DNA of 64,000 nt from Lama guanicoe. Its lineage: Eukaryota. The DNA is taken from NCBI GenBank assembly GCA_013239625.1, contig MU053557.1:6211842-6275841 (forward strand). Direction: 5' to 3'. Each line of letters starts with the position of its first letter. Within the stretch, counting starts at the first letter, position 1. Under the pieces are notes generated by a model. It worked only from the letters and a program-made list of their open reading frames with translations. It ran no database searches and was not told the origin of the DNA. The position numbers and the translations under genes were made by a program. Positions 53,981 through 64,000 of the stretch are shown piece by piece.

Positions 53981-55189
53981 AGAGAGAGACTTTCACTCTG
54001 ATCCTTGGCTTGCTATTAATTTGCATTTTGACCCTGAATATTTCACATATATTCACTTCTCTGGCCTCACATCCCCGCCCCACACTTCACCCAGTGCCTG
54101 GCATGGAGTAAGCTCTAGCAAAGATTTGTTGCATAAACGCATGAATGGATGAATTGGTTGTATTGGGTGTGATGGTGGACTTGGATCGGCAGGCTTCAGA
54201 GGCTACGTGAACCTTGTGCAAGTACAGTCACAACTGTGCACGTGTGTGAGCGATTCAATTTTTTCTCCGTAGAGCATCTGTAGCTTTAATCACCATTGCC
54301 ATCATTCACTGAGGATTTGTTATTATATGACAAGATCTATACATACTTTATCACACTTGATCTTCAGGAACCATGAGAGAGATTGGAGGGGTTACTAGTT
54401 CTACTGTACTAAAGTGGAAACTCAGGTTGGGAGTGTAAGGACTTGCTTAGGGTCATATGCTGGAGTTGAACCCAGGTCCATCAGACTTCACAACCTGAGC
54501 TCCAAACCACCGTGGTAAATGACTGTCGCCTCTCAAAGAGATGTGACCCCAGGAGGCGAAGAGAAAATATTCCAGGGTCCTAGAGTTCTGTCTCTCTGTG
54601 GGACTGTGGGGAATGGGGAGAAAGCAGTGGAGGTGGAGGAGGAAGCAAGCCAGCCGAAGCAGGACAGCGCCCACGCCGCAAGGGCTGCTATTTCGAGCAG
54701 CCCCAGAGCCCCCAGAAGGGATGGTAAGGGGGCGGGCAGGGAAGAGCAGTTGTAAGAGGAGCCCCGGGAGGGGGAGGGGGCTACCTCCTCCCCCGCCCCT
54801 GCTGCCTCCAGCTCACCCTGTCGCCTGATGTCTAAATAAGGCTTAGAGGCACATTCTGGGAGCTAAAAATAAACTCCGGCTCCCCCTCCTGCCCTTGGGC
54901 TCTGGCGACCTCCCCAGCCCCGTCAGGGCTCCCCTTGGCAGGACCAGCTCTTGGAGCACGCCCTCCCCGGAGCTGTAGAATCACGAATCACGCACAGCTC
55001 GTTGAGGACCCCAGGGTTCTGGTGGAAATGCTTCCCCACCGCAGGAAGACCTGGACCAGAACACCCCGGTCTTGGCTCTGACCTAACGAACCTGGGCAAG
55101 TTCCTCATTTCTCTGACCCTCAGTCTCTCCACATGTGAAATGCAGGTGTTAGACGAATGATGTAAACCGCTGGCATTCTGAATGAAATC

Positions 55190-55480
55190 AGGATCCCACA
55201 CTCTGGGGTCAAACTTTAGAATGTGCCCACTGGGGTTCTGTACGGTATGTCTGTCCTGCAGACTCATTTTTAACTCACGCTGTCTTTATTAGGATCTGAA
55301 TTAGCTGCCCATCCTTAACGATTTGAAAAATTTACATAAAAGTGGATTTCCAGCTTCTCTTGAAAAATCAGGTCTGTACATAACCGGGCCGGTTTGTCAA
55401 ACTAGGAGCCCGAATTGGGTAGTGGTCGCCCCCTGCCGGCGGTATGAACGTACTACAGTGGCACATTTCCGCCCAGCTCT
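55190..55480. mobile_element. MER102-like hAT-Charlie fragment
   Basis: tttacataaaagtggatttccagcttctcttgaaaaatcagg; related copies near 26750-27120 and (reverse) 58780-58925. Confidence 0.55.
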
Positions 55481-55642
55481 GCAGGCTACAGGGTGAGAGG
55501 CACATGGAGCAACAGGGGTGAGTACTCTTGATTGCAGGCAGATTCATTTTGCCTCCCAGGGCCAGGACATTGGCATTGCTCTGCCCAGCAAATGCTTTTT
55601 GAATGAATGAATGAGACAGCTAATAGAATGCTTTGGAAACTG

Positions 55643-56170
55643 TATTACCAAACTGAACTCGGGTCTGCTCACCCAAAGTGCAGGAAAGCCAATACTGTGA
55701 CACCAGGTTGTGGTGAAGGAAAGAACAGCATTAATTGCAGGATGCCAAGGTAGGGAGTGGGAGACAAGCCTCAGATCCACTCCACTTGGTTTTGAGTTAG
55801 GGATTTTTGTAAGGGGAGGAACAAGGAGGCTGGGATTAATCATCCTCTTGTGACATTTCTGTGACATTTCTTAATCATAGTTTTGGGAATTAGGATGTCT
55901 CTGGCTTACGATTATCTGGCCAGGTGGTCCATGGCTCAGGGGTTTGTTAGCTCATCTTGCCCTGGAGAAACAACCTGTGTTTGTACATTAACAATGATAG
56001 CTATAATAGCAATTTTATTACATTAACGATGTTACCGGCAACAGCAATTTTACTTATCTGACTCTGGTTGATTAGTTTTCAGTTAGCACAGGATAGAGGT
56101 CAGAGGGGACAAGAAAGGGAATAAAGTTTTGGACAGAAAGGGAACTCAGATTTAGGGGAACTCGGTTTCA
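55643..56170 (-). mobile_element. ERV1-type solo LTR
   Basis: ttaccaaactgaactcgggtctgctc...gccaata left end and ggtttca right end; near-TSD ACTG/ACTC. Confidence 0.65.
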
Positions 56171-56247
56171 ACTCTAAAGGACCCGTGATGGAGTTCTGAC
56201 AATGATGCTGCTCATCTGAAATGTGTTTCCAGTGCATTGCTAGCCCC

Positions 56248-56750
56248 TGTGAATAAAAAATGCTGCCTGCCAACAAAGGACGCTGTGGCCACGAAGTCAT
56301 CAGCCACTACCACCGCCCCATGGTAAACTGGAGGGAACTCAGGATGGAGACAAGCAGGCTGCCTGCTGCCAAGTCCTCAGCCTCTGCAGGCATGCCCAAT
56401 AGTGTCCCCGAGAGGGGGCTCAGGAAGGGAAAGAACAGGACACTGTCCTTAGAAACCAAAGGTGAATATCAAAGGAATGATTTCAAAGAGCCCAGACTTT
56501 TGCCTCTTCCTATACATAGAAAAGCACTAAAGTCCTGAACTTGAGATATCTGGTTTTCTTTAGTCAACAGTCTAACAGTAATCTTTTGATATTCTGACTA
56601 CCTGGCCTTTGTTGCAAAAACTCCCCAATATCCTAGCTCCTCCCTACATCTTTGGAGCAGTCCTTCAGAGAGAGGCTCGAGTCCTCAGAAAGCCCGTCAA
56701 ATAAAACGAAACTCTCAACTTGTAGGTTGTGTATTTTTTTTCAGTCAACA
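56248..56750 (+). mobile_element. MER41-like ERV1 solo LTR
   Basis: TG...CA termini, AATAAA at 56700-56705, perfect 4-bp TSD CCCC; homologous to 529-990. Confidence 0.8.
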
Positions 56751-57374
56751 CCCCTGTCCTGGAGTTGAGGTTCCAAGCCCCCAGAAAGGACAAGATCCTC
56801 ATTCCCTTCCCCTCGACTCCACCCCCACTGGGAGTCATTAGACAATTAAGTAGGTATTGCTGGACCTCCTTCGTGATAAGTCAGTGGGATTGTCCATGAT
56901 TGGAAAATTATTGGCAGAAACAGCCGAGGTCTGTTAAACTAAAATTATTCTTGAGTCACTCTGGAGGCCAGCAAAGGGGCAGGGAAGGAAGCAGGAGGGA
57001 AGAAGGACAGGAGAGGTTGAGCAGAGCTGTTCAAAGAACAGACTTCACGACAGCTGTCACCCAGCTCCCCTTGGGCAGCTCCTTGGAGCTAGACGCTTCA
57101 CAGAATCAAAGGATGCTGCATCTGGACTGACCCTCAGACATCATGGCTTTCATCCCGCCCCTACATGCAGTAGGGTGATGAAGTATAGAGTGACAACCTG
57201 GGAACAGCCGAGGCTTTGTCCTTCCTGCTCTGTTTCAGTAAACAGAGGTGGAGGGGAGAGCTCACCAGATGCCTTCCTTGGGAGGAAATAGTGACTCCAT
57301 CTGTATCCCACCCCTGCCACTCAGTGGTGGAGAAAGTGTCTGGTCTGGATTCTTGCTGCTCTGTTGTCCTCTGG

Positions 57375-57690
57375 GTAACAGCCTCAGCCACATCAGGAGC
57401 TTCTTGAAAATGCAAATTTTAGGGCTCCAACCTAGGCCTGCTGAATCATAATCTGCATTTTAACAAGATCCCAGGTGTTTTGCATGCATATTCCAGTTAG
57501 AGTAAAGCTGTTTGGTCCGGTAGTTCTCCAAGCTGGCTGCACCTTGGAATCTTCTGAGGTGGGGGGTACTTTAAAAAATGTTGATGCCTGGGTTCCACTC
57601 TGGGGTGCAGTCTGGGCCTGGGTTCCCAGGTGATTTGTTTAAAGCTCTCCAGGTAATTCCAGTGTGAGTAGCCAGCATTGAGAAATCACA
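57375..57690. mobile_element. MER5-type hAT MITEs (two adjacent)
   Basis: aaaatgcaaattttagggctcca...aatctgcattttaacaagatcccaggtg; second copy ends ttgagaaatcac. Confidence 0.65.
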
Positions 57691-58939
57691 ACTCTAGGTG
57701 AGGGCTCTAATGAGATGAAAATTTAGGGGAAATCAAAGCAACGCAGACTTGGACAGCGCTTCCCATCCTGGGCCCTTGGGACTCAGGTTGATCGGGGAGG
57801 CTCCTCCCAAGGCACCTTCCCCAGCCTTGCCGGGCCTGTCTGACCAGTCCAACCCCTGCTCCCCAAGGCACTGTTGGGTGTCCAGCTGCTCTCTGGTTTC
57901 AGAGGGTGAGGTGAAAAAGGGTAGAAGCTCCTATTACTCTACAATTCTGTGCAGGGCTGTGGCTCTGAGTTGGGAGGCCAGACACCTGGATTCTCACCCC
58001 TCTTCTGCTGGGTGGCCTTGGCCAATGTCTGTCCCGCTCTGGGCTTCAGTTTCTTGCTCTCTACTATGGGCTAGTTGAAATAAGTTCCAGTGTCCCTTTT
58101 AGTTTTCTGCACGTACGGACAGAAAGTTGAAAGACTTGGAAACTTGGAGATCATCTAGTTTGATCCTACCTTCTTACAGACAGGGGCCCTTGAGGCACAG
58201 TGAGATTACAGGCATTGTTCAAAGTCATAAATACCATTCCGATTTAGAGAACAATTTTTGCATCAGTGGAAAACTCTTTGGCATCCACAGCATACCCTTC
58301 TACGTATCTGCTTATGCTTCTCTGGGCACTCTGTTCCTGTCATTGCCTCTGAAGTGTTAGATAAGTCAGAACTATGGAAAATAATCTTTGCCTATAGACA
58401 TGTAATTCCTGTGGAGGTTAAAGGATTGACTTCCCTCCCCGACTATGGGAGAGGCCCATTTGCCTCCATTTATACACTCATCTCCATATTCCTGATCCAT
58501 TCTTTGGACTCTCCTTTGTGCTGGTTGTAACATCTCACCGTTTCCCTAATTGAAGGAGTTAACAAGGAAATTGCTACTGCATGCTCATTTCATCTCACCA
58601 CGGGTTATGATTTGGCCTTCTTTTTGAAAATTGCCCTTTAATAACAAGAATAGTCAAGATTTAAAAGCAGAAGTCCAGGCTAAACTTGGGATTGAAACCC
58701 ACAGAAACCAGGCGGTAACAGAAGTGACAGGCGCATGGCCCACAGGGGCTGTGGGGAGTGCAGAGCCCAGATCCCCAGCAGCACACCCCCAGCAGCTTCA
58801 ACAGACTGCTATCCAGTGGGAATTCAGGCCAGGGTTTCCAGATTCTCTGATTTTTATTTCAGGAAAGCTGGAAATCCATAATTTGATGAGAAGCCACCTG
58901 CCTGTATACACTGGCAACCAAGTAAAAACCAAGTATATA

Positions 58940-59132
58940 CACGACTATATATAAAATAAACAAGGTCCTAATATATAGCACGGAGAACTATATTCAATAT
59001 CTTATAATAACCTACAGTGAAAAAGAATATGAAAAAGAATATATGTATGTATAACTGAAACACTTTGCTGTACACTAGAAACTAATGCAACACTGTAAAC
59101 CAACTATACTTCAATAAAAAACAAACAAACAA
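58940..59132 (+). mobile_element. 5'-truncated L1 3'-end fragment
   Basis: Same 3' UTR as 5765-5961; flanking repeat AAAAACCAAG. Confidence 0.75.
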
Positions 59133-59246
59133 AAAAACCAAGCAAACATTCTAAGAAACACCATGTAGACCAACAAATGATGTTGGAGGCTTCTGTCGCT
59201 GCCTGTGACCTCTTCACACTCAGGTGGTAAACATTCCTCACTATAC

Positions 59247-59856
59247 TGAGGGCAAAACTGAGCAAGGCCCTGTGGGAATTTCTTGTATACAAAAACTTTT
59301 CCATGTCCCCCAGTTTCTTGTTCGTTGGAAAAGAGCTTTAGTCTTCTAGATCTTCCCTGAATTCCAAAGAACTGATTCAATCAGTTAGTAATTAGGGAAC
59401 TGAGGAAATGCAGAAACAAAGGAAAAGCAGCCAAAAAGCAATAGTTCAGCGATGAAACAAGAGTCCTAGCTCCTCGGGGTTGTATATAACAATCTGATAC
59501 ATGCCTTTGAGTTGTTCTCCCAGAACTGAAGGCCCCTACCCAGGTGGAGGGTGGTAACTACATGCTGAGACCCCAGGCTGGCCGGAATCAGAAGGTTGAT
59601 GACTGAGATTCCTGAAACACCACCCGGATTCCTCACCGCCAACCAATCAGAAGAAGGTCATGCACCCTGCGGCCAGCACCCCCAAATGTTGCCTTTAAAA
59701 ACTATTCTCCCAAAACCGTTGGGGAGTTCTGGTCTTTTGAGCAGGAGCAGCCCGCTTTTCTTGCTCGGCCCCTGCAATAAACCTTTCTCTGCTCCCAGCT
59801 CCAACGGCTGGGCTTGTTTGGCCTCACTGTGAGTCAGGTACATGGCCTTGGGTACA
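59247..59856 (+). mobile_element. ERV1-type solo LTR (boundaries approximate)
   Basis: CCAAT box (aaccaatcag), TATA-like cctttaaaa, AATAAA followed by U5-like ggcctcactgtg; no TSD confirmed. Confidence 0.65.
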
Positions 59857-60495
59857 AGGGCACTTCTCACACCAGCCTTTAATCCCATATACACTGGGCT
59901 TCCAACAACACTTACCCCACCACATACAAGCATGGCTGAGAGGTCATCCTGGGCTCTGTTGTTCCAGGGCTCAGACCCAGTGACTCCTCCAGGAAGTCCA
60001 TGGTGATACATGTTAGAGTGACAACAATTTCCAAAATTGCAAACTGTCACTCCTAGCATGTGGAATCTTCAAGGACAAGGGCCTTGTTTTAGTAACTGTC
60101 CCCTTTATGTGTGCACCTGTTGTGTGCCAGGAGCTTTACATGGCTGGATATCAACCTTGGTTGCACATCTGAACTACATGGGATTAAAAAAAACTACCAA
60201 CCTTGGGTCCTACCTCCAGAGATTTAGATGAGTTGGCCTGGAGCGTGACCTGAGGGTTGGGAATTTTAAATGCTCCCCAGAGAACTGCAATGTGCAGCCC
60301 TGATGGTCTTGACCACTTAACACTTCACACGGGCTCTTCTCCCGACTATTTCTATTTCTGCCAAAGATGGTCAAAGCCCACCTCTTCTGAGAGTTCTCAG
60401 AGTCAAAAATGCAGCCCACTTGCACTTTGTATGACTTTAACCTGATTTCTTGTCTTTTGGTAATAATATTTTTGGTTAATATCATGTTTATGTCT

Positions 60496-60499
60496 TGTT

Positions 60500-60546
<47 letters not shown>

Positions 60547-60949
60547 AAAGCACACTGTGAGAGCTGCGAGTTTCACTTTTACTTGAGGACTTAGCGAAGA
60601 GCTCTAACCCAGGAGACAATTCCTCAGGTAGCTCTGAGGAGCTGCTCTGAAGTGGTCGGTGGGGGAGGTAATTCTGGCCAAGGGGTCCACGCAATCAAAC
60701 ACGGTCCTTGGTAGAAGGTTGCTGCTAGTCGTGAGGAACAGATAACCTAATGATTTCGGTGCTTTTTTAAGTATGGGAAGATGCGAGAATCCACGTTTAT
60801 AAAAATTTTTCCTGAAAATATCTATCTGAAGGCGGCTTGTTCTGCCAGTTTTCCCAAAGCTCAGAGTGCCTCGTCCTGATCTCTGCCCTGAGCTCCTATC
60901 AGGCTGTACTGTAGGTATGACTGGAAAGTAGGCAACATCCTTTGTTTTA
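60496..60949 (-). mobile_element. MER41-related ERV1 solo LTR carrying (AAC)15 at one terminus
   Basis: TSD GTCT at 60492-60495 and 60950-60953; shares ctcagg..gctctgagg..ctgctc and tatgggaagatgc motifs with 529-990. Confidence 0.7.
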
Positions 60950-61102
60950 GTCTTTACTTGCTGATGGCTTTTCTTGACTAGACTCTAGTCTTTGTGGGGC
61001 TGGGGGTGGGATTACAGGGATGGGATCAGGGCCTTTATTTTGTCTAACTGTTGAGTCCGTAAGTATTTGTCGAATGAGTGAACAGCTTAGCCTGGGAAGT
61101 AG

Positions 61103-61103
<1 letters not shown>

Positions 61104-61158
<55 letters not shown>
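61104..61158. repeat. (TTA)n microsatellite
   Basis: Seen directly. Confidence 0.95.
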
Positions 61159-61160
<2 letters not shown>

Positions 61161-63149
61161 CCTTGTTTTGCAAATGAGGAAACTGAGCCCAGAGAGGTTA
61201 AGCAGCCCCCACCTCTGCCTCTGCCTCCCCAGGCTCTTATAGGACACAAGCCTGGGCCTGCGTGAGTGGAAGCAAGTAGTCTGAACACGCCACTCTCCTC
61301 TTCTACCTGGCAATTTCACGGTTTTGGTTTCCAGGTCATGGTATCTATGACCTTCCAGAATCACCTCCAAAGCCCTTCAGGGAGAGTGTTACACACTATA
61401 ATCTCCAAGGAATGTGCCCACACAGTGAGAGTTTCTCCAAGGTCCCGAGGAGCTTTAATCTTTTACTGCCTAAAATCAAATCCTTCTCGTGTAAAGGAGT
61501 GTGCCTGAGGCTGAGAGAACGGAGTATTTAGAAACTGGGAGGAAATGGTGTTGGGCTGCGCCCCTCAGTCCTGCAATTCTTGTGATTGCCCAGCTGTGAG
61601 ACTGAAGAGAACCCAGAAGGAGTCAGTGACAGAGACCTCAACGACTGAACAGGGAATCTGAAAAGTCAGAGGCAAAAGTCCTGGAGGGACTCCTGACTCC
61701 CTGCCATGTAGACTGATGGTGGCAGACCGGACTATGCTGCCATCTCTGCCACACAAGGGCTCCTTGGTTGCCAGGGACACAGCTGGAATGCATCCCCCAC
61801 CCCTAGATCTTTGGGTTAGTAACCCTCACGAGGAGGCAGTTTCCTGTTGATGAACAAACATAATGGAGCCATTCTCGTCTGAGGGCTATAAAAATCCATA
61901 GCTGGGGGCCAGGCAGATCATGCAGGTAGTTTCTCATTAAACTTTCAGCTTGTAGGGGAGGCAATCATGAGTGTAAGGTAGGGGTGAGGCAGGGCCAGGT
62001 TCGGCAGGGGATGTATGGAGAGCAAGAGAGCTGCCATCTTATGGGCCTGAGCATACATGTGGGTAGTAGGGTAGAGAGGCCTTGGCAGGTGCAAAGATGA
62101 AGCAGGAACGATGCTAGAAGGGAGCTGTGCAGCCCCCTTCCTATTTTCCAGTGAGGCTCCGGGGCACACGGGTGTCAGCATCCAGTTTCCCCACTGACAC
62201 GCTGACCAAAGAACCCAGCCAAAAGGATACCTCTCATACCTCTGAGGGGTCAGCCTTGGGAGAAGTGAGTTCTAGTTTTGCTTCTGTTGTGTGACACTGG
62301 ACGAGTCCTTTGCCTTGCAAGGCCTGAAATTGCACTTGTGTATAATGAAGAGGCTGCACTAGATGAGAGAGGGGGTGATCAGTATGGGAGGAAGGTGTGC
62401 AAATAAAAGATCAGGTAAAGTCTGGAGCTTGGTTAATAGTAATACATCAATGCCAGTTTCTCCTTGTTTATAAAAAAATCCGTATATCTTTTTTTTTAAA
62501 GAAAAATACCCTTATATATTAATGTTAACATGGGGGAGACTGAGAAGGAATTCTGTGCTATTTTTGCAACTTTCCTGTAATCTAAAATTAACTTCAAAAT
62601 AAAACATTTCTTTCAAAAAAGATGATTAAGTTTTAAATTCTACACATGCTTTCATTTATTTGACAAAGATTGATCACCTATTAGGTGTGAGACACTGGGT
62701 ACACATTACTAGTGACCAAAAGTCATGGTCCTACCGCTTGTGGGGTTTACAGTCTAGCGGTAATTTAGCAGGAATAATATCTCTATTGCTTTTATAAAAA
62801 GCAAACCTCAGCTCAAAGTGTAGTAGCTTAACGAAATCTTGTCCGATGGGGTATATGTGAGCAGAATCCTCGCTCTATCACTTCCTAGCTGTGTGACCTT
62901 GGCAAGGCCTTATCGTGTATGTTTCCTTAGTGGTAAAAGAGGGCAAAAAAAATGGATTCCCCCGTAAGTGCTTAACAGTACTAGGCACGCATTAAAGCAC
63001 TTACTTAATGTTACTTTTCATGATTATAATAATTATTAAAAAGACACAGTGATTCATAACTCGGCTATGGAGGAGCGCAATACTGACATGGAGCGTGACA
63101 CTTCTTGTCAAGAAGGACTTGGGTGCGAAAACATAATGGTCCTTCCCGC

Positions 63150-63590
63150 AGCGGCTTACAGCCCGAGTTCAAAAACCACAGCCCCTCCCCTTCCTCGCGC
63201 TCCAGCCCCGCCCTGAGTTAGGCCCCGCCCCGCCCTCGCGCTTTGACACCCCCCCCCGCGCACGAGCTCCGCTCCGCCACGTCCCATCCCGTACTCGGAC
63301 CCGCCCCTTTTCTCCTTAGACTCCGCCTTCGCCCCAAAGGCGGGGCCTGACGCCCACGCTCGGAGAGAGGGGCTAAAGGAGCAACCTCTGTGGGGCGGAG
63401 TCGGGAGAGATCTGTCCAATTCCAGGCCTTGAAAGCTCAGTTCCGGAGGGGGCGGGGCGAACAGGGAAGTGGCGACGGTCGGCTTTGCATAAAGATGCCC
63501 AGATTTGCATAACCAGTGCAGGCAGGTATTTAAAGGAGTCGTCGCCGCCGCAAATCTAGTGGTTAACCCAGCGCGGACCCACCCTTTGCA
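63150..63590 (+). promoter_or_regulatory. GM2A CpG-rich promoter with GC boxes, octamer and TATA-like element
   Basis: Several GGGCGG/CCGCCC boxes (e.g. ~63391, ~63450); ATTTGCAT at 63503-63510; TATTTAAA at 63527-63534 upstream of the ATG. Confidence 0.8.
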
Positions 63591-63677
63591 ATGAGCCCCC
63601 TGCTGCAGCCTGCGTTCCTGATCTCCCTGGGCTTGCTCCTTGCCGGCCCAGCGGCTACTGCAAACCGCCCGCCACTG
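63591..63677 (+). CDS. GM2A: GM2 ganglioside activator protein, coding exon 1 (signal peptide MSPLLQPAFLISLGLLLAGPAATANRPPL); rest of gene lies beyond the window
   Basis: Hydrophobic signal peptide resembling recalled human GM2A N-terminus ([21 protein letters not shown]); phase-0 donor CTG|GTGAGC; expected divergent synteny with CCDC69. Confidence 0.9.
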
Positions 63678-64000
63678 GTGAGCGCCCTGTCCTTTAGGAA
63701 GCTGCTTCCAGGATCCCAACCCAGGTTGGGGTGTGCGGGTGGGGTTGGGATATGGGGGTGGCTACTCCGGTCTATAGAATTCTCTGCAGCAGAGCCTAGC
63801 AAAGCCACTCACTGTTGGACTCCGAGGGGATCCTTTTCTCTCTACGAGTTTCGGTTGGGTTTCAGTTTCCCTATCTGTACAGAGGGTGGGCTATAAGGCC
63901 TTGCTCTGCTCCAGATTATTTTGGAAGGGTTAATCTCACTCCCGTCTGTACTCTCCTGTCCTCTTTCCAAACATCTGAGTGAAATTTTGCAGAACTGCAA

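Noticed and set aside
63678..63896. Extension of the GM2A ORF to 101 aa
   Set aside because: This is read-through past the GTGAGC donor into intron 1.

Overview
Mammalian genomic DNA, most likely camelid (alpaca/llama/camel), judged from several vic-1-like tRNA-derived SINEs. The window holds the complete 9-exon CDS of CCDC69 on the minus strand (ATG 44061, stop 13528; all introns GT-AG; 885 nt, 294 aa). It also holds the promoter and first coding exon (signal peptide) of the divergently transcribed GM2A (+ strand, ATG 63591), the same gene order I recall for human 5q33.1. The remainder is intronic and intergenic DNA rich in L1, L2, CR1, MIR, MLT1, hAT/MER elements, ERV1-type solo LTRs and microsatellites. 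Almost all ORFs in the six-frame track are spurious. I found no evidence of a new biological system. The best leads are regulatory and structural: a muscle-type enhancer motif cluster, a transposon-derived CTCF motif between the two genes, four LTRs upstream of GM2A with GAS/ISRE-like motifs nearby, a recent ~255-bp tandem duplication, and no canonical poly(A) signal near the CCDC69 stop. Repeat family names come from recalled consensus sequences, not a database search, and repeat boundaries are approximate unless TSDs are given.
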